Shown: positions 36,106 to 45,492 of the stretch, in pieces
How the letters are laid out: every line of letters starts with the position of its first letter
Position numbering within the stretch: position 1 is the first letter of the stretch
Assembly (NCBI GenBank): GCA_964611625.1
Contig: CAZTAM010000002.1
Location: forward strand, 89,168 to 153,167
Length of the DNA: 64,000 bases
Reading direction: 5' to 3'
Origin: an uncultured Nitrospiraceae bacterium
GTDB lineage: Bacteria; Nitrospirota; 9FT-COMBO-42-15; HDB-SIOI813
Position numbers and translations under genes: made by a program
Notes under the pieces: generated by a model
What the model was told of the DNA's origin: nothing
Seen by the model: the letters and a program-made list of their open reading frames with translations, nothing else
The model's database searches: none

Positions 36106-37431
36106 TTAACCTCTCAGGATCTGCCGCAACTGCATGTTCTCAGCTGGTAAACAAATTTTGAAAGTTGTACCAGAGCCGACTTTACTGTTAACTGTAATCT
36201 CACCATTATGTTTACGGATAATTGCGTATGCAACGGATAACCCCAGCCCTGTTCCCTTTCCAACAGGTTTCGTTGTAAAAAATGGCTCAAAAATCCTCGG
36301 CAGATGATCCTGGGAAATTCCACTGCCGGTATCACTTATACTGATAACAATATTATCGTTTTCACTGCAGGTGCTGATACTTATTATTCCCTTGCCATCT
36401 ATTGCATGCGCGGCATTTACAAGGATATTCATGAAGACCTGATTTAATTGCTGCGGATAGCACAAGACCTGAGGAATATCCCCATACAGTGTCTTAACCT
36501 CTGCCTTATATTTAATCTCATTCCAGACTATGTTCAGCGTACTCTCCAACCCCTTGTTAATATCTGAGAATTCAGGTTTATCCGATCCAGTGTGTGAGAA
36601 TTCCTTTAAATCCTTGACTATCTTGCTTATACGCCTCATACCATCCTGAGTCTCTGCGAATATCTGTTCAATATCATCCAGCAAAAAAACCACATCTATC
36701 TTCTGTTTAAAGGACTCAATATCCTTTAAATGAGCAGATACACCTTCATCAGAGATCCCGCTGCAACTCTGAACAAGGGTCTCATATTCTTTCATAAGAC
36801 CTCTTATATCAGTAATATATTCATTAAGCGTCTTTAAGTTGCTTAATACAAATCCAGTGGGATTGTTTATCTCATGGGCTATTCCTGCAGAGAGCTGTCC
36901 GATTGATGCCATTTTATCGCTCTGAACCAACTGCGCCTTAGTCTGCTGTAATTTCATGAGTGCCTCATCACTTGCCTCTTTTGCAACTCTAAGCTCATCA
37001 GTCCTTCTGGCTACACGTTCTTCTAATTCTTCGTTTAACTCAGTAAGCTCAGTGATTAGCTGATATATCTCCCTCATATCTCTTGCAATAAGAACTATGG
37101 CCTCAATCCTGTTATCTTCACTTTTTACGAATGAACCATTCATGATTACAGGTATCCGTCCGCCATTATTGCTAAGGAGATTAAATACCTTATTATGCAT
37201 TTGTTCATTAGTCTCAAACCTGGTAATCAGCTCAGATATATTCAGGTCATGATTATCAAAGAGTTTCCAGGCAGGGATACCGTCAATTTCGTCAAAGCTG
37301 TACTCGAGAGCATTCAGGGCTGCACGGTTGACAAACCTGACTGTCCCGTCGGGATTAGCCACAATAAGAATATCCGCCATATTACCAAGGATATTCTCAT
37401 AGAACTGAGGCTTATAGCCAATATTCGTCAC
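36106..37431 (-). CDS. PAS-domain sensor histidine kinase (cytoplasmic)
   Basis: N-terminal PAS-like region. The HisKA domain reads ..SAGIAHEINNPTGFVLSNL. The HATPase domain reads ..ISISDTGSGISQDHLPRIFEPFFTTKPVGKGTGLGLSVAY. It overlaps the fliA stop by 4 nt. Confidence 0.8.
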   Translation of the reverse strand: MTNIGYKPQFYENILGNMADILIVANPDGTVRFVNRAALNALEYSFDEIDGIPAWKLFDNHDLNISELITRFETNEQMHNKVFNLLSNNGGRIPVIMNGSFVKSEDNRIEAIVLIARDMREIYQLITELTELNEELEERVARRTDELRVAKEASDEALMKLQQTKAQLVQSDKMASIGQLSAGIAHEINNPTGFVLSNLKTLNEYITDIRGLMKEYETLVQSCSGISDEGVSAHLKDIESFKQKIDVVFLLDDIEQIFAETQDGMRRISKIVKDLKEFSHTGSDKPEFSDINKGLESTLNIVWNEIKYKAEVKTLYGDIPQVLCYPQQLNQVFMNILVNAAHAIDGKGIISISTCSENDNIVISISDTGSGISQDHLPRIFEPFFTTKPVGKGTGLGLSVAYAIIRKHNGEITVNSKVGSGTTFKICLPAENMQLRQILRG

Positions 37432-38207
37432 CCGTTCTTCTCCTTTAACTTGCCTTTCAAACGCAGCATTGCCTGAGTATGCAGCTGCGAAACCCTTGAT
37501 TCAGTAACTTCAAGAATCCTTCCGATTTCTTTCATAGTCAGTTCGTTATAGTAATATAGTGAGACTACCTTTCGTTCCTTATCCGGCAGCTTATCAATCG
37601 CACTTGTCAATGTCTTCTGCCTGTCCTTTGTCATAAGAAGTGACAGCGGATCACGTTTTTCAGGATCCCTGATTGTCTCAAGCATATCTCTGTCATTATC
37701 ATCACGATGCATGCCAAGGTCTTCAATGCTTATTATGGAAGAACTTCGTGCCTGAGTCAGAAAGTCCTGATACTCATTAATATTCATCTTTAATGCAGCT
37801 GCAATTTCCTCCTCTGAAGGCGGCCTTCCATATTCCTTCTCCAGGGCTGACACGGTTTTGTACAAGAGTCCTGATTTTTCCTTCACTGACCTGGGCACCC
37901 AGTCCATAGCCCGTATCTCATCAAGCATTGCGCCCCTTATACGAAATTCTGCATATGTCTTAAAGAGAGTCTCCTTAGCCGGGTCATATTTATCCATTGC
38001 ATCCATTAGCCCTATAATCCCGGCACTGATTAGATCATCAATATCAATATCAGGCTGCAGCCTGTAAGATAGTCTGTATGCCATATACTTTATCTTAGAG
38101 GCATACTCCTGAATAAGCTTGTCTCTTGCATCAGGATCCATGATTCCTTTTTTTGCCGCCTTACCCTTTGAACGATACTTATTGACCTTGTTAATAATCT
38201 TGTCCAT
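37428..38207 (-). CDS. fliA: Flagellar sigma factor FliA (sigma-28)
   Basis: Region 2 reads ..DDLISAGIIGLMDAMDKYDPAKETLFKTYAEFRIRGAMLDEIR. Region 4 reads ..LYYYNELTMKEIGRILEVTESRVSQLH. Confidence 0.9.
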   Translation of the reverse strand: MDKIINKVNKYRSKGKAAKKGIMDPDARDKLIQEYASKIKYMAYRLSYRLQPDIDIDDLISAGIIGLMDAMDKYDPAKETLFKTYAEFRIRGAMLDEIRAMDWVPRSVKEKSGLLYKTVSALEKEYGRPPSEEEIAAALKMNINEYQDFLTQARSSSIISIEDLGMHRDDNDRDMLETIRDPEKRDPLSLLMTKDRQKTLTSAIDKLPDKERKVVSLYYYNELTMKEIGRILEVTESRVSQLHTQAMLRLKGKLKEKNG

Positions 38208-38221
38208 TTATCACCCCTTTG

Positions 38222-39112
38222 CTATATTTTATCCCATCCTGATTGCCCCATAAGCCTCCGCCATAAAAACTGAATATTACCTTTAATGTCTTTATTAACC
38301 GGCCACCCGCTGACTGTACGGGCCAGAGAAGAATAACATTTCCCTGCGTCCGATCCTGGATATAAATCTACGACGGACCGCTGACTGAGTACAGACAAGC
38401 GAACAGAGTTATCCTGAATGATATGACCTATATAATCTATCGAAATATTAAGAAATTTATCAGCTGCGGCACTTAGTTTTCTGAAAACATCCCGTCCCTC
38501 TCCGCTATCCTTCACCATGTTTACCAAAAGCCTGAAGCGGCTCTCTCCATATTTCGTGTGAAGTATTTTCATCAGGGCATAGGCATCCGTCATGGAGGTT
38601 GGTTCAGGAGATGCAACAACAATGATATCCTGAGCAGCCGTGTTAAAATACATGACATTTCCAGATATGCCGGCGGCTGTATCGATTAAAACAATGTCTA
38701 TTGAGCTGTCAATCCTGTCAAGTTCAGCAAGAAGATTTAATTTCTGATTTGCTGTCAGTTCAGACAATTCCTGTATGCCTGAACCTGCAGGCATAATTTT
38801 TATTCCCCCTGGACCTGACGTTATGACTTCACTGAGATTCTTCTCGCCATTGATTAAATGATTCAGGTTATACTCAGGTGTGAGACCTAACATCACATCT
38901 ATGTTGCCAAGCCCCATATCAGCATCAAGTATAAGTACCTTCTTTCCTGACAGTGACAGTGCATAAGCAAGATTAACAACAACATTTGTCTTCCCTACTC
39001 CACCCTTCCCGCTTGTAACGGAAATAACCTTAACTGAATTACTGTCTGGCGGAGTATATACTCCACCTGCCGGTCTGTTCATCATTTCTTTGAGTGTCAA
39101 CGCCTGTTCCAT
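38222..39112 (-). CDS. flhG: Flagellar number regulator FlhG (MinD-like ATPase)
   Basis: VISVTSGKGGVGKTNVVVNLAYAL..ILDADMGLGNID is the deviant Walker A of the MinD/ParA family. It follows flhF. Confidence 0.88.
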   Translation of the reverse strand: MEQALTLKEMMNRPAGGVYTPPDSNSVKVISVTSGKGGVGKTNVVVNLAYALSLSGKKVLILDADMGLGNIDVMLGLTPEYNLNHLINGEKNLSEVITSGPGGIKIMPAGSGIQELSELTANQKLNLLAELDRIDSSIDIVLIDTAAGISGNVMYFNTAAQDIIVVASPEPTSMTDAYALMKILHTKYGESRFRLLVNMVKDSGEGRDVFRKLSAAADKFLNISIDYIGHIIQDNSVRLSVLSQRSVVDLYPGSDAGKCYSSLARTVSGWPVNKDIKGNIQFLWRRLMGQSGWDKI

Positions 39113-39201
39113 TAAATCTCCTTTGCCTCTTTTCTGACTTATGATTGATCATCGCTTGTTTTATTCATTACTCATTCCATGCTTCATTAATTGCCATATT
39201 T

Positions 39202-40386
39202 CTAATGGCTGCTCACCGCATCCATCTTCAACAATAACCTGCTTAACCGTCCGGTTGAGGCAAGTTCAATATCCTCGGGGACACGCTGGCCTGTTGTAAA
39301 GTAAGACAATGGTCTCTGTGCATTAATCATTGAACTGAAGACAGCGCCATAATTATCAGCTTCGTCAAGCTTTGTAAACAGCAGGCTCTTTATCTTTATG
39401 TCCCTGAATTTTCCTATGATGTCAGATAAGACAGCATTACTGCTTGTAGCGGAAAGAACCAGATGACAATCAATCTCAGTAATCTGATTCATTAGATTAC
39501 TGAGTTCATCTATATAGGCACGGTCCTTATGGCTTCTTCCTGCAGTATCAATGAGGATCAGATCTGAGTCATCCTTCTTTTCTATTACCCCCTGCAGGTC
39601 TGCCGGGGAAAGCACTACATCTACTGTCAGCCCGATAATCTTCGCATATATCTTTAGCTGTTCAACAGCACCAACCCTGTATGTATCAAAAGTAATAAGC
39701 GAAACCTTCCTCTTGTCTATCAATGTATATTTAGCAGCTATTTTTGCTATACTTGTGGTCTTGCCCACACCTGTCGGGCCGACAAATACGGCTACTTTTC
39801 TACCTCTGGGATCATCGCAAACAGGTCCTGTGATCTTTACCTGTTTTTCAATCAACTCCTGCCCGAATCTGTTAATTTCATCAGAATCACTTTTTTGTTC
39901 CTCAGATAGTTTATTGTTCAATATCTGCACAAGCCTGTATGCAATGTTCCTGTCCATACCCTCTGATATCAGTCTCCTGAGAAAAATAACAAGATTGTCA
40001 TGAAGTGCTCTTAAATGTTCCTGCTCTCCGTCGCGCAGCAGTTCCTGAATATAACCCTTCAGCAGCCCCAGTTCAGATTTCATATCTCTTAATTCATCGG
40101 GGGTTTCCTTCATGTCGTTTCTTATCTTTCTCAGCTCTTCTTTCAAAAACTGATCTGTTTCTATGAGTTCCGTCTTCTGGATTTCAGAAGCGGGTTTAAT
40201 CTGGTGCTTGTCGGTAAAATCTCTGGCCGCTACGACCTCTACAACCTGCCGGCTGAAAATCCCGAATACTCCGTTATCCTTCTTAATCTGCTTCGTCGAA
40301 AGTATAACCGCATCAGGGCCAAGTTCTCCCTTTATCATCTTAAGTGCCTCCTGCATATCAACTGCTTCATATCTTTTAATTTGCAT
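39202..40386 (-). CDS. flhF: Flagellar SRP-type GTPase FlhF
   Basis: ..VAVFVGPTGVGKTTSIAKIAA.. is the G1 motif and ..DTAGRSH.. is the G3 motif. NG-domain architecture. Confidence 0.88.
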   Translation of the reverse strand: MQIKRYEAVDMQEALKMIKGELGPDAVILSTKQIKKDNGVFGIFSRQVVEVVAARDFTDKHQIKPASEIQKTELIETDQFLKEELRKIRNDMKETPDELRDMKSELGLLKGYIQELLRDGEQEHLRALHDNLVIFLRRLISEGMDRNIAYRLVQILNNKLSEEQKSDSDEINRFGQELIEKQVKITGPVCDDPRGRKVAVFVGPTGVGKTTSIAKIAAKYTLIDKRKVSLITFDTYRVGAVEQLKIYAKIIGLTVDVVLSPADLQGVIEKKDDSDLILIDTAGRSHKDRAYIDELSNLMNQITEIDCHLVLSATSSNAVLSDIIGKFRDIKIKSLLFTKLDEADNYGAVFSSMINAQRPLSYFTTGQRVPEDIELASTGRLSRLLLKMDAVSSH

Positions 40387-42535
40387 CGTTATACCTCACT
40401 ATACTTATGGGTTGTAAACTCACCGAAGATGACAGTTCATTGGAGGACAAAATAATTATGTTTGGAATAAATCTCTCCAATAGCTTCCTTAATGGCGCGC
40501 GAATTGACGGAGATGTCAGCACCACTGGAAATATTCCCTTCCTGGTAGATGCTTCCATCTGACCTTTTAACTGATTGATAAATGCCTGTGCTGTACGCGG
40601 CTCCATAGATATCTGCATACCCTGAGAAGTCTGTCTGAGCGTAGAGTTAATCTTTTCCTCAAGCGCGGGTTCAATAGTTATAACTGGCAGGCTGTTGCCG
40701 CTTTGGTATTGTTTCGTAATAGTTCTTGCAAGGTTTGCACGCACATATTCTGTCAGGACGTCTGTATCCTTTGTCATTGCAGCGTAATCTGCAAGCGTTT
40801 CAAGGATAGTCAAAAGGTCTCTTACAGGCACTCTCTCCTTAAGAAGATTCTGCAATACCTTAACTACCCCGCCAAGTGTAAGCAGGTTTGGTATGAGCTC
40901 TTCAACGACCCTCGGATATTTTTTTGCAAAACCATCAAGCAGGGTCTGCACCTCCTGTCTTCCAATTATTTCATGGGCATGCACCCGTATGACCTCTGTT
41001 AGATGAGTGACAATCACTGTAGATGGTTCTACCACAGTAAAACCTGTCATTTCAGCCTTATCTTTATCCTGCGGAGTTATCCAGAGTGCAGGCAGTCCGA
41101 AGGACGGTTCCTTCGTCGTAATACCCTGTATGCCTTTATTTACGCCATCGGGATTCAATGCCAGAAACCGGTCTGTCATCAATTCTCCTTCCGACACCTC
41201 GGTACCCTTGATAAGAATCACATATTTGTTGGGCCCAATCTGCATACTGTCCCTGATATGAATTGGCGGCACGATAATTCCCATCTCTGAGGCAAACTGA
41301 TGCCTGATGGATTTTATACGATCAACCAGCTCCCCCTGCTGTTTTGGGTCAACAAGCGGTATAAGGCTATACCCTATATGTAACTCCATAATGTCCAGCG
41401 GAGTGACTCCATCAAACCCCTCATGAGCAACTTCACCCTTGTTTTCTGCTGCGGTCTTGCTCCTTGGTGCAGAGGCGGCCGGCCTGTCGGGTTGAGACCA
41501 GCCTGTCTCTTCACCTGCAGACTGCTTCATATTGTAAGCCACCCAGGCCACTCCCCCGGTAATAAGTGAAAGTGTAATAAAGGCAAAATGAGGGAGTCCA
41601 GGTATTAATCCGAAAACGAATATAATTAAAGAGCTGATCGCAATCGCCTTGTGATGCGATAACAGCTGCTTTGATACTTCTGCACCAAGATTGGATTCCG
41701 AGGCAGCCCTGGTTACGATTAGACCTGCTGATGTTGATACAATCAGTGCAGGTATCTGAGATACCAGTCCGTCTCCAATAGTCAGAAGGGTATAATTCTG
41801 TGCCGCGGAACCAATCGCCATTCCATGCTGCAGAACCCCTATAGCAAGTCCGCCGATTATATTGATGATTGTTATTATAATGCCTGCGACAGCGTCTCCT
41901 CGGACAAATTTGCTCGCACCATCCATTGCCCCGTAGAACTCTGCCTCATGAGCAACCTGAACCCTTCGTCTTCTTGCCTCTGTTTCATCTATCATGCCTG
42001 CATTCAGATCGGCATCAATACTCATCTGTTTTCCAGGCATTGCATCCAGAGTAAATCTCGCCGCTACTTCAGCAATTCGACCGGCACCCTTCGTAATTAC
42101 TACAAAGTTTATTACAACAAGGATAATAAATACTACAAGTCCAACTGCATAATTGCCGCCGACCACGAAGTTGCCAAATGCCTTAATTACCTTACCGGCG
42201 GCATCAGGGCCTTCATTACCCTTAAGGAGTATAAGCCTGGTAGAGGCAACATTTAAAGAGAGCCGTGCAAGTGTTGAGATCAGCAGGACCGACGGAAATA
42301 CAGAAAATTCAAGCGGCTTAATGACATACATTGATACAAGGAGTATTATAATTGAGATGGTAATACTGAACGCCAGGAGTATATCCATTATTATGGCTGG
42401 CACAGGTATTATCATGACAACAATGATTCCTACCGCCATAACTGAAAGCAGAGCATCACTGTTTTTAGTTACTGCAAGAAACAATCCCCTGTTTGACTCT
42501 GCTGCAGTTGCCTCCATTATTGCCTGTACCCCCAC
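40376..42535 (-). CDS. flhA: Flagellar export apparatus protein FlhA
   Basis: Eight TM segments, the FHIPEP region ..RFTLDAMPGKQMSIDADLNAG..EAEFYGAMDGASKFVRGDA.., and a large cytoplasmic domain. Confidence 0.92.
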   Translation of the reverse strand: MGVQAIMEATAAESNRGLFLAVTKNSDALLSVMAVGIIVVMIIPVPAIIMDILLAFSITISIIILLVSMYVIKPLEFSVFPSVLLISTLARLSLNVASTRLILLKGNEGPDAAGKVIKAFGNFVVGGNYAVGLVVFIILVVINFVVITKGAGRIAEVAARFTLDAMPGKQMSIDADLNAGMIDETEARRRRVQVAHEAEFYGAMDGASKFVRGDAVAGIIITIINIIGGLAIGVLQHGMAIGSAAQNYTLLTIGDGLVSQIPALIVSTSAGLIVTRAASESNLGAEVSKQLLSHHKAIAISSLIIFVFGLIPGLPHFAFITLSLITGGVAWVAYNMKQSAGEETGWSQPDRPAASAPRSKTAAENKGEVAHEGFDGVTPLDIMELHIGYSLIPLVDPKQQGELVDRIKSIRHQFASEMGIIVPPIHIRDSMQIGPNKYVILIKGTEVSEGELMTDRFLALNPDGVNKGIQGITTKEPSFGLPALWITPQDKDKAEMTGFTVVEPSTVIVTHLTEVIRVHAHEIIGRQEVQTLLDGFAKKYPRVVEELIPNLLTLGGVVKVLQNLLKERVPVRDLLTILETLADYAAMTKDTDVLTEYVRANLARTITKQYQSGNSLPVITIEPALEEKINSTLRQTSQGMQISMEPRTAQAFINQLKGQMEASTRKGIFPVVLTSPSIRAPLRKLLERFIPNIIILSSNELSSSVSLQPISIVRYNDAN

Positions 42536-42551
42536 TCATTACCGGTTGTTT

Positions 42552-43616
42552 TTAACTATCTGTCTTTTTCAGCTTGTAAACATATGCAAGTATCTCTGCT
42601 ACTGCCTTGTAAAGATTAGCAGGTATCTCATCTCCGATTTTCACTATCTTGAAAAGTGTTCTGGCTAACGGTTTATTCTCTACAACTGTTACCCCGTGAT
42701 CTCGTGCAATCTCCTTTATTTTCTCAGCTATAATACCTGCGCCCTTGGCAACTACTTTTGGGGCGCTCATGTCGCCATGTTTATATGCCAGGGCAACCGC
42801 AAGATGGGTCGGGTTAGTTATAACAACATCTGCCTTCGGAACATCAGCCATCATCCTCTTCCTGGCCATCTCCTTCTGCATGCTTCGTATCCTTGATTTG
42901 ATCAGAGGATCGCCTTCCTGCTGCTTATACTCCTCCTTTACCTCCTCCCGGGTCATTCTGAGGTTCTTTGCAAACTGCCATTTCTGATAACCCAAATCTA
43001 TAGCTGCAAGGATACATATAACTATACCTGTCCAGATAACAAGCTTTAATGTAAGGTGCCCCATATATGTAAAGATATAATTTACATCTGAATCTATTAA
43101 CAAAGGGAAATTATGAAACTCGCTTTTTATCAAAATGTATGACGTATACCCTACTATGGCTATCTTAATTAAAGACTTCAGAAGCTCCATAATCGAACGT
43201 AGAGACATCAGTCTTTTTATTCCTTCAACAGGATTAATCCTGTCATACTTTAATTCGAGCGCCTTGGGACTGAATACAAAACCGATCTGCAATACGTTTG
43301 ATACAATACCAGCCAGGGCGACGGATAAGAGAAACGGCAGCAGAGTAAAAAAGACCTTCTTTAAAATATCCAGCCATAATGGATAGAAATTATCTGAAGT
43401 GAGCTCTATTGTACCGCTTGATCTCAGAACATTCGCGGTAATGTCCAGCAAGTTTGAATATACACCCGGCATCAGATAGTACATTGCGGCTGTCCCTGCC
43501 ATTAATACTGCCAGAGAGGATACCTCAGGACTTTTTGCTACCTGCCCCTTATCCCTGATCTCCTGCCGGCGTTTGGGCGTAGCCTGCTCTGTTTTTTCCA
43601 TATCCTGGTCAGCCAT
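42552..43616 (-). CDS. flhB: Flagellar export apparatus protein FlhB
   Basis: MADQDMEKTEQATPKRRQEIRDKGQVAKS.. plus the autocleavage site ..VVITNPTHLAVAL (NPTH). Confidence 0.92.
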   Translation of the reverse strand: MADQDMEKTEQATPKRRQEIRDKGQVAKSPEVSSLAVLMAGTAAMYYLMPGVYSNLLDITANVLRSSGTIELTSDNFYPLWLDILKKVFFTLLPFLLSVALAGIVSNVLQIGFVFSPKALELKYDRINPVEGIKRLMSLRSIMELLKSLIKIAIVGYTSYILIKSEFHNFPLLIDSDVNYIFTYMGHLTLKLVIWTGIVICILAAIDLGYQKWQFAKNLRMTREEVKEEYKQQEGDPLIKSRIRSMQKEMARKRMMADVPKADVVITNPTHLAVALAYKHGDMSAPKVVAKGAGIIAEKIKEIARDHGVTVVENKPLARTLFKIVKIGDEIPANLYKAVAEILAYVYKLKKTDS

Positions 43617-43617
43617 T

Positions 43618-44388
43618 TCACCTCACCATTACACTTAATATATTAAAAAAATCACCCTTCAGGCCTTCAAAAGCCCTTTGAGTCAAATTTGAAAACAAGG
43701 GAAGAGCTAATACCATAATCAATAATCCGCCGGCTATAGTAATTGGAAAACCAACCATCATTACATTCATCTGCGGCATAGTCTTTGAGATTATTGCCAG
43801 GGCAATGTTAGTAATAAACAATGCTACTATCACAGGAGCACCGATCCTTATTGCAAGGATAAATATGTCTCTCGACAGAGCAACAATACCTCCCAGCATC
43901 TGCTGGGTTAATGCAAATCGCATTGGAGGTACAAGTGTAAAACTTTCAGCAATCGCGGCAATGAACAAATGATGCGCATTGATTGACAAAAATATCAGAG
44001 TAGCCAGTATAGTATGGAATTGTCCAATAATAGGCACGTGAGTGCTGGTCTGCGGATCAATTACATTCACTATTGAAAACCCCATCTGGAACCCAATTAT
44101 CTCACCTGCCATTTCCAGGGCGCTGAATACCAGTTTTGCAATCAGCCCAATCGTAAAACCAATTATGATCTCTGAGGCTATCCCGGTTGTAAGCATCAGC
44201 AGGTCTGCAGACATGATTGATACATCTATGCTGACAATACTGACCAATATCAGTGATATCAGAAGAGAAAGTCCTATCTTGAACACGCGCGGCACATTAC
44301 GTGACCCCAGAAATGGTATAAAAAATATCATAGCTGCTGTCCGTACAAATATCATAATAAAAGAGTTTAATTGCGTTAATATATCCAT
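43618..44388 (-). CDS. fliR: Flagellar export apparatus protein FliR
   Basis: A multi-TM 256-aa protein in the fliQ/flhB context. Confidence 0.85.
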   Translation of the reverse strand: MDILTQLNSFIMIFVRTAAMIFFIPFLGSRNVPRVFKIGLSLLISLILVSIVSIDVSIMSADLLMLTTGIASEIIIGFTIGLIAKLVFSALEMAGEIIGFQMGFSIVNVIDPQTSTHVPIIGQFHTILATLIFLSINAHHLFIAAIAESFTLVPPMRFALTQQMLGGIVALSRDIFILAIRIGAPVIVALFITNIALAIISKTMPQMNVMMVGFPITIAGGLLIMVLALPLFSNLTQRAFEGLKGDFFNILSVMVR

Positions 44389-44406
44389 TAAAATATCGAC
44401 CCGTAT

Positions 44407-44676
44407 TTATTTAATGTATGCCGGGATATTCGTAAACAAAGATGAAGTAAATCCGAGCATCACCCTCATCATCCAGGGGAAAAATATAAGCAGAGCCAGA
44501 AACGTCACTATTATCTTTGGTACAAATGTCAGTGTTGCTTCGCTAATCTGTGTAACCGCCTGAAATATGCTTATCATAAGTCCTACGATAAGGCTTACTA
44601 ACAGCATCGGCGCAGCAATCATAAGTGTCGTTTCCAGGGCACTTTTGCCAATTGTCATCACAAATTCAGGTGTCAT
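44407..44676 (-). CDS. fliQ: Flagellar export apparatus protein FliQ
   Basis: An 89-aa two-TM protein, ..ALETTLMIAAPMLLVSLIVGLMISIFQAVTQI. Confidence 0.9.
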   Translation of the reverse strand: MTPEFVMTIGKSALETTLMIAAPMLLVSLIVGLMISIFQAVTQISEATLTFVPKIIVTFLALLIFFPWMMRVMLGFTSSLFTNIPAYIK

Positions 44677-44694
44677 TTTTTTCCTTTCATCATA

Positions 44695-45492
44695 CTAAGC
44701 AAAGCTCCTAACTATAGAGCCGACAATAAGATACCAGCCGTCGACAAGTACAAATAACATCAGCTTAAAAGGGAGTGATATCACAACCGGGGGGAGCATA
44801 AGCATACCCATTGACATAAGAACACTGGCTACAACCATATCAAGAACCAGAAATGGGATATAGATCAGAAAACCTATCTGAAATGCCGTCTTCAACTCAC
44901 TTATCATGAATGCCGGAATTATCACATGGGTCGGTACATCAGATATATTTTTGGGATCAGGTATACGTGCCATGTCTATGAACAGGGACAGATCCTTTTC
45001 CCTTACCTGCTTGAGCATGAATTCCCTTACAGGCAATATTGCCCTGTCAAAGGCAACCGCCTGGGTTATCTGATTTGTCATCAATGGCTGAAGTGCCTCA
45101 CTGTTAACCCTGGCCCATACAGGCGACATTATAAAAAAAGTCAGGAATATAGAAAGGCTGATTAAAACCTGATTTGGCGGTATCTGCGGAGTCCCAAGAG
45201 CCTGCCTCAAAAGCGAGAGAACAACTGCTATACGGGTGAAAGATGTTACCATCACCATAATAGCCGGTGCCAGAGACAGTACCGTAAGAAGCATAAGTAT
45301 CTGTACTGTAACTGCTGTACCGCCTGTACCCTGAGCACCTCCAATACTGACATTTATATTTGGAAGTGTAAGGGCGCTGCCTGATGCTGCAGCCCCCCAG
45401 GCCAGACTGTCTGTATAACACGGGGTAATAAATGCTGCTGCCCCTATTGCAAGGATCTTACATGCAGACTTATACTTTTTCCCATAATTCAT
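44695..45492 (-). CDS. fliP: Flagellar export apparatus protein FliP
   Basis: ..TSFTRIAVVLSLLRQALGTPQIPPNQVLISLSIFLTFFIMSPV.. and ..FLVLDMVVASVLMSMGML are FliP motifs. The start is uncertain; the gene overlaps the fliO 3' end. Confidence 0.9.
   Translation of the reverse strand: MNYGKKYKSACKILAIGAAAFITPCYTDSLAWGAAASGSALTLPNINVSIGGAQGTGGTAVTVQILMLLTVLSLAPAIMVMVTSFTRIAVVLSLLRQALGTPQIPPNQVLISLSIFLTFFIMSPVWARVNSEALQPLMTNQITQAVAFDRAILPVREFMLKQVREKDLSLFIDMARIPDPKNISDVPTHVIIPAFMISELKTAFQIGFLIYIPFLVLDMVVASVLMSMGMLMLPPVVISLPFKLMLFVLVDGWYLIVGSIVRSFA

Noticed and set aside
36114-36335. Short minus ORF nested at the 3' end of the PAS histidine kinase gene
   Set aside because: It is in the same region as the HATPase domain in another frame, so it is spurious.
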